From Callorhinchus milii (Eukaryota), in contig NW_024704742.1 of NCBI RefSeq assembly GCF_018977255.1, forward strand, positions 186,001 through 250,000: DNA of 64,000 nt. The letters are read 5' to 3'. This document shows, piece by piece, positions 24,072 through 37,900 of this stretch (positions are counted from its first letter, which is position 1; every line of letters begins with the position of its first letter). The translations under genes and the position numbers were made by a program. A model generated the notes under the pieces. The model was not told where the DNA came from. It was given only the letters and a program-made list of their open reading frames with translations, and searched no databases.

Positions 24072-24428
24072 AAAATCTATATGCACATGGTTTCCCAAGT
24101 GAATTACATAACTGGTTATTCTATTGGTTAATCTGAGTTTAGTTATTTTAGTAACCTAAAAATATTTAAAAAAAATTAAAACTGCAATAGGATTGCACAT
24201 AAGTTCATAATTCATAAACGTATAAAACTGGCTCCAACTCTTGCATGCAATACCATAAGAAAGTCACCACATTACTGCTGACATGAACTGCAGCTATCAA
24301 GTGCTGACAACCACTGTGGCAAACTGATCAGAAGATCATCATTTTCTTCGTGAAAGATAACTGAGCTGTGCAATTGTCCCCAGGTTCTGCGGAGGTATAA
24401 CGTACAAGGTAAAGGGGTTCGCACTCCA

Positions 24429-27400
24429 CTAAAGAAGCTGGTCCAATGATGGCAGTGGGTCAATGAGAGACGCACAGTGATATCTGCAAGAGAAATGTAT
24501 GTTTAGTGAAAGCAACTTACTTCATTTCCTCTTGCTAGTCTTGCAGAAAGGTGGCTACTTAACTAGGTTAAGCATCTGAAACTCGCTGACAAACTACACA
24601 TTACCTTGTCTTGGTAACAACAAAAAAAATGTGGTCACTCAATCCACAGCTGTATCTGGAACATGGCTGTGTACAATTGGCTTCCGCGTTTTCGCCCACA
24701 AAGTACACAGTCCATCCACTTACAGTATATTCTGTGAAGCACTTTAAGATGTCCTATTATTAATTATTATGAAGTAGAAAGTGTTCCAGGGCTTTTAATG
24801 CAGACATTTTCAATATCTACCTTTAATGGTCCAAGCATAAGCAAGTTTACCTCTGGGTTTCACATATTAATCACATGTATAATGACAAGTTACCCTGCCC
24901 TGAGCCAATGAGCACCCAATAAGGTGCATTAATGCAATGAATCAGTACTTTCCCCCGTGTCTGGTATTCGTGCATTCCTGGAAAGGGAATACAATTGTTC
25001 ATTTACCAGGAATTTTAGCTTCGAAGAATATTCTGCTTCCAGGAGCACAAATTTACAATCTCTTGAATTGCTTGAAATGTCTCAAATTGCTTTAACAATT
25101 TGTAAAAATATCCATCAGAACTTCTTAAGCTCTAACTGGGTTCTGTCACAAGCTTTCAGCACTCACTCGTATTAGCTGTACAAGCACTTCGATGTGTCTC
25201 AAAGATAGAGCATTATATCAAATACAAGGATTATAATATCTGCAGTTTTAAGATGCTTCTAATTTAACAATCACCAATAGCACAGCCCACCAACTCTTCT
25301 TACAGTGCTAAAGAACACAAATGGAATGGTAGTAAACTGGGAATGTACAATCTGCACCCATAGGATCTAGAAACTAATTATTATAATTCCGGTCATTATA
25401 CCTCTAGTCCTGCGCTGAGTAAATTTTAAGTCATGCAAAGTTTGAAAGGTTGCAGCACTTACACTATATAGTTCAAGCCATTCTGGCAAACTGTTTAAGA
25501 GTAATTCATACACATGTGAGAACAAGGTTTCCACTAAAGTAACAGCATGTGGAAAGCCATAGAGTACACTTGTAGAAAGCTATTCCAGTTTGCATGCAAA
25601 ACGCCTGAAGCAAACAGAAAAATCTCTCCCACAGCCTTATTTCATTGACAGTACTGCCTGAACAACAGTACATGTGTAAAGCGCCTCTTATGTGGGGAGG
25701 ACGTCCCAAGGTGCCAGACAGAGATATGGACACGGGTGCAGAGTTAGTTCTGGATGATTTGCAGTCTGTGGAGGGAGGAGTCGGGGGCCGACAAGCTGGG
25801 AGTTTGTGTAGTCGAGCCTGGATGTTATGAATGCGTGTGTGAGGGTCTCGGCGGAGTGAGACAGTGGCAGAGTCGGGCGATGTTGCGGAGGTGGGGAAGG
25901 CAGAGCGGGTCATGGCGTGGATGTGAGATAGAAAGGATAGTTGAGGGTCAAACAAGACCCCAAGGTTCGGGACTGGCTCAGTGAGGGGGAGTGAGCCCCA
26001 TGGATGGTGATGCTGTCAGCGCAAGGTGAGGAGGCGCTGACGGGAGCCAATCAGGAGCCTCGGTCTTATTGACGTTCAACTCTAAGTATCATCCTTACTT
26101 AGAGGTCTTATACTTTTCCCGCACTGCTTGCTGTGCATGTTCCGATGCTTTGAGGTAGGTTTGGTAGAGGTCAGTCACACAAGGCATTATGCTTTCCAAA
26201 GTGTAGCCAGTCAATTGAACTAGTGATTTCGGCTGCAAAGAAAGAAAAAAGGGGGATACATCTTAACACAATATCTAAAGGATTCCCTTCACAGCAAAGC
26301 AATCAGTGTTCAGTGAATCTAAAGTGAAAACTATGCCTCACAGGTCAGACTATCGACACAACTCACCCAGCCGACTTTATTGATTGTGTAGTTAGCCAGA
26401 CAAAAGGTAGACGCAGCAATGGTAGAAGGCAAGTACTTCAGATATGGTTCAGAATCGATCAAGCTGAGCTCTGCAAGATACTGGGGGGGGGGGGGGGGGG
26501 GGGAAAGGATGAAAAACAAAAAAAGGACATCATATTAAATGAAATGACCTTTGAATCTTCAGAGTTTACTGACAAACAAGAATCAATCCGACCTCTCAAC
26601 GACAATGATAATTTACACTTAGTGACTTTCATGTAAACACGTCCACAAGTGCTTTACAAGATAATATTGATTATAAATAATTATATGGCAAACAGCTATC
26701 TATTCATGCCGGAAACATCCCACAGCAGTGACACTTTGTTTTAAATTCCGAGTCTCAGAGGGTACATTGTACTACAGAACATACAGTGTACTCACCAAAG
26801 AGAGACTCACAACCTTACTGCTGGCTTCCTCCCGCCCACGATATTGGCCGAGAAACTGGTTAATGGTCGGTGCTGCCAAGTCAAATGACAGAACTTTGAG
26901 AATCAGGTGCTCCATGCGCAGAACCTGCTTCTTGGTGTAGGTGTCGTCGGTTATGTACACAAACTCAGCAACCTCGGGCGGATAGATTTCTTCAAACTTT
27001 CTATAGAAAGCAAAAACATAGTGCTCAAAACAACCACAACAACTGACATCTGCACAACTGCTGTCACGTCAGGAGGACCCCCGGAGGCACTGGCTGGTCA
27101 GGGATCTGCATCCGAGCTGGTGGTTGGGATCAGGAGGGTGGTTGTAAGAAGGCGACGTGGTCGAAGAGGAGGGTCTTGAAGGATGCGGGGGGGGGGGGGG
27201 GAGGGGAATATATAACTGCAAATATATCATCCCAACAATTGGACAGGAAAATTCAACTGTATTTTAGTACAATTCTTTTTAAAAATGTTTCCCACTCCCA
27301 CGGTTTAAGCCAAGCCCTCAGGGCAGTTTTAGCAGATTGATTGCAAAAGAGGGAGCAACAAAACAGCTAACCAACGTGCTGAATGAAACCGTCCTGAAGA

Positions 27401-30400
27401 GGGAGGTCAACTGTCTAAATTGCAAGTCTAGTGATGAACAGAGAAGGAAAGAAAGCTGTGCATAATAAGGTGATAAACCCATTGGGGCGATTACTTACGA
27501 TGCCAACAGCATAGCAGCCGTTCCTACGAGTTGTAGTTTCCCTCGAAGCACTGACATGGAGGACAGGAACCGGTCAATGTAGTTAACTGCCAGGTATAGA
27601 GTTTCATTCTGCAATTTGTACTCTTCCCCGACTTCCACCAGCCAGTCAACGAGGATAGCCCTCATGCTGTTGGTTATATCTGGCTGTTTCTTCATGTAGC
27701 CAGCTTTAGGTCTACATTTCAGCTGATTGACAGAAAAGGAGGAAAATGCACGTTGTCAGTTTCCTATAAAGCTCATCTCAACCCATGAAATTAGTGATTT
27801 ATGGATTCGCACCATTAAACCCTACATATTTAGTCAGCACAAAAATAACCGGAATCTGGCAGCTGTGGAATAGTTACATTAATTTGTCTAGATTTACATC
27901 CTTCTGGTATGTAGTTGACTGCGTTTCATAGAATCATACAGCAGAGAAGGAGGCCATTCGGCCCATTGTGTCCGTGCTGCCTCTCCAAATTAATCCCAAC
28001 AATTAATTTCTTGCCAAGTATCAGTAAAATGGATAGAAAAGTGCTGGAGGACCAAATTCCACTTGCGAAATATTTAAACAGCAAAGACTCAATTATGCCC
28101 AATTCAGCTTCCAGTGACATCTATTGAACTTAAATAGAACTTTTAATTTGAAAGATGATGGAGGTCAGGGTTACCAAAATGAACAAACCTTGAATTGTGC
28201 CACCAAATAGCATACACATTTAATGTAGAATTTTAATTTAGTCAGCAATTTACCAAAATAATCTTACTGGCATACCAGTTAATAGCAGTGCTGTGCAAAA
28301 ACAGTATCAACCGATCTAAATGCCACTCAGGCTATTTGTTTGTGTAACACTGGGATTGCAAATACATTTTTAGATTGGACCTAAACACCTAAACAACAAA
28401 TTTAACCTAAACACAGTAAAGCACTTGGAAGTTTGAGAATAAACCAGTCAAGGAGCAAAATCTTAATTCTCAGCACATGTCTGGCTTGTTAAGAACAAAC
28501 AAAGCTCACAACAAATAACATATGTATGGCACCTTTTACTTTGGGAGGACATCATAAAGCGCTGGATAGTCAACATCCGAGCTGTGGGATGGGATTAGGA
28601 GGGGTGAAGGGCAGGGAGGGTGGGGGGTAGGAGGGTGTCAGAAGGCACAGTAGAAGAGGAAGGCCTCGAGACCGGCCTTGACTGAGGCAAGGGAGGGGGG
28701 GTATAAGGCATGGATGGACATGGGATGGAGTTCCAAAGGGTGGGGGAAGAGAGGCTGAGGGCCAGCAGATGGTGGAGCAGGCCAAAGTCCACCGAGCTAA
28801 CCACAAAATAGTCAATCCACTTTACAATATATTATTAACCAAGTAATTCCTAGAGTACATTAATTCAGCTATAATGTTAAGATAATAATAATTGCATTTG
28901 ATGTAGCGCCTTATCACGTCTTCAAGACGTTTCAAAGCGCTTCACAGGATATACTGTGAAGTGAATTGCCCGTATATTTTGAGGGGCGAAACGTGGCAGC
29001 CAATTGCGCACAGCAGCGTCCCCACAAACAGTCGTGGGTTGAATGACTAAATTATTATTTTTTTTCAAAGGGATTAAATTTTACATAACAAGAATTTGAA
29101 GAGAAACACAAAGGAGTAGAGAATTGTGATTTACAGCTGTTAGCTCCAATGGGAGACAGTAGCATTAGCACTTGTTGGATGGCCCAAATGTGCTGTATAA
29201 ATTCCAGGAATCTATCAACAGATTGAAACCAGCATTCAAGATGTGGGCAAAGCATTAGATTAATTATGTGGCATCAAAATAAGTTTCGATTCAAAGACAC
29301 CCCAGTGACTAAGTTAAAGAACAAAACAATATTTGATAGTTTAGCTCAGTGGTCTTTTTACCTCCATTTCTCTTAGGTACTTGTGAATATCGTCCGCATA
29401 TTCAGGTACAGCATTAACGTTTGCTTGTTTTTCTTCACAGCCTGGTGTAGATGTATCCAGTAGCATGGGAGAATCTTGAAAAATCACACAATTTAGTGGA
29501 GCGTAAAAGGATGAACATACACTTAACATCAGCCCTTCCTACCATTGCGCAAATGCACTCAACAGTTACAGAATTGCAGTGTTAACCTGCCGCAGTGTTA
29601 ACCTGCCAGCACTCTCGCCTCTGAGCCACAAGGCTCAAGTTAAAGATCCCATAGAACTATAAGAGAGAAGGGAGTATCTCCCAGTGTCTTGGCCAACAAC
29701 CCTCAAGAAAATTGGTTATTCATTTCATTCCTGAATTTGTGGGACATTACTCGGTGCAAAATTGGTTCTGCATTCACCTACAAAATTACAGCTATCTTAA
29801 TGTGATAGTGATATATCAAAACCATTATGACGTCTAGAATTCATGAAAAGCGCTATATCAAATGCAAGGATTGTTATTGTTGTTAATAACATCCAATTGC
29901 TGTCACTCTGGAGCTGAGGCACTGTAGAGCCAAATTGCAGTGAAAATAGCGCCTTTCACGTTGGGAGGTCATCCCAAGGCACCGAGGGTTGAATTCGAGA
30001 GGCTAGGAGTCTTCCTCATCAAAGAAGAAGGTCTTAAGACAGACATTGAAGGAGGCGAGGGAAGGGCCACTTTAAAGAGAAACCGAAGTTAATTTGTTCC
30101 CCATTAAAAGAAAAAGCAATTCAAAATGAATTCTGGAAGAAAAAAAAATGTAAAGCTCAATTACGAACAAAGTCAACTGTCAAATGCAAAACTTACCAAA
30201 ACTGACATCTGGAGGACACTCAATAGGAGCTAAAGGCTGACGTGTTCCCAATGACAGTACAGTTGGATTTAGTCCCAGACTTGCAACACATTCTACACCC
30301 CTGACTTTGTTCCTCTTGAAATGGCCATCTGGCTCATCCACGCCACACGAATCATCCACGTGGATTGTAAATGAAGGCTTTGCTGCCACCTTTGCCGCTG

Positions 30401-32888
30401 GGATCTCACCAGAATTTTCATCATTGCTCCAAACAAATCCTTGTGTTGAAGAAACCTGTAGGCCGAGTTAGGAACGATATAAATGATCTCCAAAATTATA
30501 GACCTCGTCCATTTTGCTTTCCACGTGATCAGCTATTAGAATTATGTTTTCCCTCGACCCTAACTTAGATAAGGATACGGCTGTTCAGATTGCATTTACA
30601 ACCACACTTTACAAACTTTTAAAATATACTCATAACTGAAGATAAATGGTTTCCCCACTGAACTCCCCTGTGAAAGCAAAAAAAAAAAAATGCTAAAGTG
30701 ATGATCTCCATTTAGTCTGAAAATTACTGGTCTGGAACAAAATCGGTGCGAAAGAAAAACTATGTTGTAACCAAGGCTTTGAGTTGTAAGATACAAGTCA
30801 TTGCATTCTCCTTGTGCAGCCATCAAAATGGCAGGACAGATAGTACATGTTTAACCTTTGTTCCAGAGGAGGTTCCGAGTCTTATTCAGCTGAAGCCACA
30901 AAGCATCATGATTTTCTAACATCAACAATACATTGCAGGTTTTCATGTTACAATTGAATTGCTAAGTTTCCAATCAATTAAAATTAAAGGAAGGGGTGAG
31001 GAGAGCTAAAAAGTGCCGGGATTAGGATCAAGCTCAGCAACTCTCTTTTCAATAGTAAACACCTGACACCTGGATGCACATAAATTGACTACTTGAGAAA
31101 GATACAAGAGGAATACTGTCTGTGAAACCAACCCCAGGATTAGTCACTGCTGTCAAAGAAACGGTAAAGAAATCAGTAGAAGTCAACACTGAGCAATACC
31201 AATGTTTCATTGAACCATGAAAACCAGACAAAAAAAATCTAATTCGTGCTCCAGGCATATGCTGCATTACCTAAATTCAATCACACAAAAAAAATGCTCT
31301 ACACCAACAAAGAGAGGACAAATTTGCAGGGCTATGGGGAGAGCGGGACTGATGTGCTTTCAAAGAGCCGGCACGGACATGATGGGCCGAATGGCCTCCT
31401 TCTGTGCGGTATAATCATATGATTCTGAGTTGGTAGAGGGAAATAACAAGGGTTCCCACTATTGATGTGATAGCGTACAACACAATCAGCGTAATCTTAT
31501 GACGGTGTCGCTGGAGGATAGACAGGACCAAACCAAACGAAAATGGAAACAAACTTGGATAAATGCCAATTAAGACTTCCTTTGGTTATGAAGGTCAAGG
31601 GCAGAACAAACTGCCACCTGCTGAACCGAGCAGAGGTTACGGTAAACCACACTATTGACTCAGTGCAGTTTCACTCGATCTTGTGTTCCAAAAAGCCAAT
31701 TCAAGAGACAGCTGTCAGCAGTCGGCAGCACCGTACGTACCTACACCTGCGTCTCGTGGGCAAAACTACATTTCAAAAAAAGTGTTAAAATAACCTCTTT
31801 AGAAAAGGTTTGCATTACATTAGACATTAGCTTGAGACGTACAACAGGCTCCCGGGTCTGACTGACCTGTTCGGACACCAGGAGCCCAGATGGGTGGCAG
31901 GTCATTAGGACGGAATAGCGCCACTTAGACAGGAACCTGGTCCCTCATGGCCCGGAGGCAGCAGTGAGTCTCACAGGCAATTTGCTCCTGGGACCAGGGT
32001 TCGGAATAAAACGAGCGAAAAAGGGGGCGGCGGGGAATCAGCCCCATCTGCCATTCCTCACAGCCAGAGGCAGCGAGAGAGACCCTGGGGCCGGGGCTTA
32101 TGTGTGTGGGAGGGGGAGTTGTGTGTGGGAGGGAGGCTGGTGTATGTGGAGGGGAGGTGGTGTGTGTGGGGGGGGGGGGGGTTGGTTTTGTGTGTGGTGG
32201 GGGGTGGTTCTGTATGTGTGTGTGGGGGGGGGGGGGGCGGGGAAGTGTGGGGCTGGTTGTGTATGTGAGGGGGCTGTGGTGTGTGGGAGAGTGTGGTGTA
32301 TGTGGGGGGGGGTGGTGTGGGTGTGTGTGAGGGTGTATGTGGGAGGTGGTGTGAGGGTGTATGTGGGGGGGAGGTGTGGGGGGGGGGGGGGGAGGTGGTG
32401 TAGGGGGGGAGGTGTGTGTGTGGAGGTGGTGTGGGTGGGGGGGGAGGTGTGTGTGTGGAGGTGGTGTGGGGGGGGAGAGGAGAAGTGACTGTTTCACTGG
32501 TGGGGAGTTACTGCACTTGGGGGTTTGATTGGATACAAAGGCGCCACATTGTAGCCATAACCCCCAACACAACACTAACCACAACCTGTGAGCGCTTCTG
32601 TGTCTCTCTCTGTGTCTCTGTGTCTCTCTCTGTGTCTCTCTCTCTGTGTCTCTCTCTCTCTGTGTTCTCTCTCTGTGTCTCTCTCTCTCTGTGTCTCTCT
32701 CTGTCTCTCTCTCTCTGTGTCTCTCTCTCTGTGTCTCTCTCTCTGTGTCTCTCTCTCTCTGTGTCTGTGAGTCTCAAACCTCAGGACAGAGTCAAAGCGG
32801 AAAACGGAATGAACTTCATATGTATTTATTTATTGGAATAAACTCATCAAAATAGAGTTTAAACTCCAACAAATCGCAGATCCAACAC

Positions 32889-32919
<31 letters not shown>

Positions 32920-33688
32920 GTGTCCGCGGGTCGCGGGGACCACAGAAGGGATTGGGATCCACTACAGGAAACATCGCCGCTTTTGCGATCGGATTTGGCC
33001 CCAAAAATCAGTGAAAGTTCGTGTGAATATTCCCGATTTGTGGCGACAATAAAACCCCATTTCACTGCTCTTATTTCTGGGATTCACTGTTGTTGGCGCC
33101 GAATTACAAACATCTGTTTCACCGACAACGACAACGTCTCTTAATCCGTAACGACCCGAGTCTGTGGGGGGGGGAGACCCGGGGGGGGGGGGGGGGGACA
33201 GCCAGAGCTGCTGGGGGGTCAAACAGCCCCCACCCCCTCACCCCCCCACCCCCAGACCCCTCACCCACAGACCCCCACACCCACAGACCCCCACACCCAC
33301 AGACCCTAAACCTTAGTCTGATATGAACCCCAAAATCCGAGAAATAACACAATCTCCTCCCGACCCCACACAACAGACAATACCTCCTCCTCCCCCCCCG
33401 GGCCCCCCTCTCCCCCCCCCCCCCCCCGGGCTCCCCCCTCTCCCCCGGCACTCCCCCCCGGCACTCCCCCTCCCCCGGCGCTCCCCCCGGGGCGGGGCTC
33501 ACACCCACCTGTTTGCCGCGGGGCTGAGGGCCGTTGTTGCTGTGTAAGACCCCGAGAACCTTCCTTCCGGCCGCGGGGTTCAGGCTCAGGTCCCGGCGGC
33601 TCGGCCTCCGCCCCTCCCCGGTCCCCGCCTCCTCCTCCTCCCGCCGCGGGGGCAGCGCGTTCTCCCGCTCGGCACTCCCGGCGAACAT
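24429..33688 (-). CDS. CCNA2: Cyclin-A2, 427 aa, 8 coding exons
   Basis: Exons 33688-33509, 30455-30197, 29474-29362, 27722-27499, 27000-26796, 26480-26367, 26232-26099, 24483-24429 join in frame (1284 nt). Kozak gccgccATG, D-box [10 protein letters not shown], cyclin box [35 protein letters not shown]...[21 protein letters not shown]; sits between EXOSC9 and BBS7 as in human. Confidence 0.97.
25665..26082 (-). mobile_element. L2-type LINE fragment in the last CCNA2 intron
   Basis: [23 protein letters not shown]...NIAR...SRLDY motifs, homologous to 61603-62400. Confidence 0.8.
32095..32770. repeat. G/GT-rich low-complexity tract (32095-32480) and (TC)n/(TG) compound microsatellite (32598-32770)
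   Basis: Directly visible. Confidence 0.9.
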
Positions 33689-33724
33689 GGCGGCGGGGGG
33701 GGAGCTGACCGACAAGACAGAGCA

Positions 33725-34025
33725 GTGAGGGGGGCACCGGGCACAGGGGGGGCTCAGGGCGGGGAGCAGTGGGGGGCACCGGGCACAGGGGGGGCAGTGG
33801 GGGGCTCAGGGCGGGGGGCAGTGGGGGGCAGTGGGGGTCTCGGGCTCAGGGCGGGGGGCAGTGGGGGTCTCGGGCTCAGGGCGGGGGGGCAGTGGGGGTC
33901 TCGGGCTCAGGGCGGGGGGGCAGTGGGGGGCTCAGGGCGGGGGGGCAGTGGGGGGCTCAGGGCGGGGGGGCAGTGGGGGGCTCAGGGCGGGGGGGCAGTG
34001 GGGGGCTCGGGCTCAGGGCGGGGCT
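33725..34025 (+). repeat. G-rich minisatellite, unit about gggggcagtggggg(tctcgg)gctcagggc
   Basis: About 9-10 imperfect tandem copies between the CCNA2 promoter and its ATG. Confidence 0.9.
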
Positions 34026-34196
34026 CCCATGTGAGCGGCTCTGGGTTCAATGAGGATTGTGAGAGAAGCAAAAGGGCAGTTACTCCCCTCCCCCCCGGGG
34101 TGGGGCCCTCCCCTCTGTACCCCCTCTCTCTCTCTCTCTCTCTCAGGGGTTACCCGCTTCGCTCTGCGCTCGCCCTCTTTTTCTGTTCGGCGTTAC

Positions 34197-34360
34197 CTTC
34201 TTCTCTTTCTCTTCCGCTTCCTCCTCTCTCCCCTCCCCCGCAGCTGCCGCTCTCCTCCTCTCTCCCACTCTCCCTTCCCGCACTCTCTCCCTCTCCCCCC
34301 TCTCTTGCTCTCCCTCTCCCTCTCTCCCCCTCTCTCTCGGGTTGGGAGCGGTTGCAGTTC
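34197..34360 (-). other. CCNA2: Probable non-coding first exon of CCNA2
   Basis: Lies just downstream of the CDE/CHR; donor GAAG|GTAACG at 34197/34196; acceptor cctcactgctctgtcttgtcggtcag| at 33705/33704, 16 nt before the ATG. Transcription start is approximate. Confidence 0.6.
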
Positions 34361-34364
34361 CTCT

Positions 34365-34470
34365 CAGTTCAAGTGTCCCGCGACAATTGGAATCAGCCAA
34401 TTGAAGGCCAGAAGCTGCCGCGCGTCATCACGCCGAGGGCAGCGGCCGAGCGTCAACCAACGTCATCACG
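34365..34470 (-). promoter_or_regulatory. CCNA2 promoter: CDE/CHR tandem element, two CCAAT boxes, CRE half-sites
   Basis: Minus strand GTCGCGGGACACTTGAACTG (34384-34365); CCAAT at 34386-34390 and 34397-34401; CGTCA at 34423, 34451, 34461. Confidence 0.88.
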
Positions 34471-34524
34471 TACGGCGTGGGGGCGTGGCACGCCCTTTGT
34501 CGTCAGAGATTTGAATTATATGAC

Positions 34525-34906
34525 AGTTACACAGACAGTCACACAGAGACCCACAGACAGACCCACACACAGAGACCCACACACACACACACACATAGAG
34601 ACCCACACACAGACCCGCACAGACACCCACAGAGACACACACACACAGAGACCCACAGACAGACCCACACACAGAGAGACACACACACACACACAGAGAC
34701 CCACACACACACAGACACACACACAGAGACCCACACACACACAGACACACACACAGAGACCCACAGACGCACACACAGACCCACACACACACAGACCCAC
34801 ACACACACACACAGAGACCCACACACACAGACACACACACACAGAGACCCACACAGACACACACACACAGACACACACACACAGAGACCCACAGACACAC
34901 ACACAC
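34525..34906 (+). repeat. Compound (CA)n / cacagagaccc microsatellite followed by an L2 tail
   Basis: Directly visible; L2 tail cgtcctcccgacgtgaaaggcgctctata...(ttg)n at 34906-34963. Confidence 0.92.
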
Positions 34907-37900
34907 GTCCTCCCGACGTGAAAGGCGCTCTATAGATGGAATCTTGTTGTTGTTGTTGTTGTTGGAGTGAATTGAATGAGCAAATTATGATTATTAATTA
35001 ATTGTTTTTGATGGGATTATTACACCCAGAAAGCAATTCCTGTCAATTGACTAACAAGTGGGGTCCTACTTACTGCGATGCAAATAGACACATGTGTGGA
35101 GTAAGGAAACTTCCCTCAGGTTTCAGGAGAGTATCACAATTCCTTATTATTTATGGTTCATGAGGAATTGTGATAAACATCACCAACTATTGGACCTCAC
35201 TTGCAGAACATTTACATTAAAAGGTGATAGAAACGGAAAAATAAAAAAAAACGTGTCACTGGAATCATCTCTGCTATATGGTGTACTACAAAACACTTAC
35301 GCGTGAGAAGTCGCCCAGTCTGTCTGTTTGATCGTGTCAGCTCGCCTGGGTTAGAATTTGAAATGAATCGTGCCGTACACTTTCCCAGCATTATATTAAT
35401 CTTTCAGTGGGGCTTTTGCCACACCTTGCAAATAAGTGTTTGTGTGGGGCAAGTTGGATCAAGTCGCAACGACGCATGATTGCATTTTAAATTCATAGCG
35501 TGTGTATCAGTGTTAGGTCTGCTTTTAACGCAATTAACCAACTGAAATGCGAAGGTGGGTACTGACGGCCGCGCTAATCTGTCTGATTATCAGAAGCAAA
35601 CAATAAAGCAACAGATGGAACCAACTGAAAGCCGGTGAGCAACAGAACCGCGGTGCAATCAAAATAGCCTTCGGTTAACTTATATATTTGCTGTCCCATT
35701 TACTCATAGCTTCTCACCTCTCAACACAAAATATATTTTCGTATACATTTATCAAGAATTTTGGATAGCAGTGGCCCCAATGAGCTGAGGATCACTGAAC
35801 TGAACACTAATCTTGACGCCACTGTGAACTCTCCTGAGGAAACACTGGCTACACAGCGTAGCTGGTTTCACAGTCTGTTGGGAAGAGGAGAGGTGGCGGT
35901 TAGGTGTCAACTTTGATGCGTTCTGTAGAAGAGTAAACAGAAGAAGTGCAAAGCGCTAGTGTTTTATCTCTTGGTAGTTGTAGATGCCGGGAGAGGAAAT
36001 AATTGCTGATGTGCAAATCCTCCTCAACCTGTTCTCCCACTTCATTTTGTTCTGCTATTAAAAAGCGAGTATGTCTGTAATTACTTTTTAACATTCACAA
36101 CAAATTATGATCAGTTCAACATTTTGATTTTCTCTCTCTGCGTGTGGCGAGGGGGGCAGGGGATTTGGACATTTTAGTTAAAACAGAAGCGCATCCGTTG
36201 AGAAACTGGCCAGGAAAAATTACTGAGCCATACAGTGTCAGCGACAATAGTTGAATTGACATGCATCGTTGACAGCATTACTTAACTCTGCTTAACATAA
36301 TCCTGTTTATACTGACATCCCTTTATTTTATAATCCTTTGCGTTTGAAATAAGGCGACCATGTGGTAAATTTGTGAATTGTGTGTTCATACTAAGTTTAA
36401 TAGACAATAGAATAAACTCCTGATATCTCGTCGCTTCAAAGGAAAAGGGCTCAGGGACAAATTATCTGGAGTGGCAAGTTAGGCATATGTATAAGTACAT
36501 ACATAAATGCAGTTGGGATATTACAGTATAATGATTTAAGTGGTAGTGACAAGTTGAACCAGGTTCGAGGTATCAGGAGTTTACTGTATACTGCTCAAAT
36601 CACTCACTAAATTACTCAACCTTATTTAAAGCCTCATCATTAACAGAGAACAGTATAAAATACCCTTTGGGTAGTAAGCCATTTATTTTCTGGGTTGAAG
36701 AATTATCGAATTCTGCCATACATCAAGAAAATTACTTTCTATAAAACAAAATGTCAAAATATCATTTGGTATCAACTATACAGTTTGTAGTGATTTGAAA
36801 GTGAGAATCTTGAAATTGATTCATTCTGCAACAGGGAATCAATGGAGCCTGGGAAGTGCTGGGATGGTGGGAATGCAGAGCCTGGTTTGGGCGAGGACAC
36901 AGGCAAATCAGATTACTGTATGATTCAGTAATGCAACTAATACAGAATCCAATGATAACACATATCTGAGTGATACGCTGTATGCATAGTGAATATTACA
37001 TTGGGTTTGATGTGGTACCAATTCATATAACAAGTGCACTCAACCATAACCTTGTGCGTTTTTCTGGTTTCCCCCCACTGTCCAATTCATGGTGGAACAA
37101 CTTATCCTATTTACAGTAAAACAATAGCAAGTCACTGCATCAATAACTCTAAGCAGTGGAATGAATAAACAGGAGTTTAAATAAAAAGAAAAGCAAATCT
37201 AATGTCATACTGAACAATATTGTAACATTTAGTCTCGGCTTTTAATACAATTCCTGAAAACAATTTGTTAAGAGTAAACTGACCCAACATATCTTAATGG
37301 AAGTGAACAAATGAACTATTCAAAGTTTTTTTTCAAATAAACTTAAATAACATGCTTCCAGTCATAACTGCTATTGGTTCTTTTGAATATGAAACAGGAG
37401 ACCAGTCTGCCTGTTCAGGTGGATGTTAAAGATCCCCTGGTGCTATTTTAAAGGAGAAGGGACCTTTTCCCACCTGGCCAACAATCTCCAAGATAAAATT
37501 AGTCATTCATTGCATGGCTATTTGTGGGGAAATTGTGCTGCACAAACTGGCTGCTGCATTTGCCTACAAAATAGTCAGTACACTTTCCAGTTAATCCTGT
37601 GAAGTGCTTTGAGATGTCCTCCCAACATGAATACTGCTATATCAAAGATTAATAGTTTATTACTGTGAACTACAGTAGTTTACTGCAGGACTGTAGTGTT
37701 TTATATTTTGTTCCTACATTATAACAAATATTAACCACAATAGAATATGTAAATAATAATTGGTGAAATTCACCATCAACCATAGTTTTACTTCAGTTGG
37801 TCCAAAATGTCTACAGTTAGAGTCCTCTAGTCTTACCAATGTTATGTAATTCTAATATTTTATGGTTTTATTACAATTGCCCCTTTGGGCTTTGGAACCA

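Noticed and set aside
31925..34935. Long ORFs (219, 398, 152 aa etc.) around the CCNA2 5' end
   Set aside because: Microsatellite and G-rich artefacts; only 33688-33509 is CCNA2 coding, and the ORF-track start at 33715 lies in the upstream intron.
35078..35340. Octamer ATGCAAAT plus downstream TATA-like box as a type-3 Pol III or snRNA gene
   Set aside because: No convincing PSE, and the downstream sequence matches no snRNA, 7SK, Y or vault RNA that I recognise.
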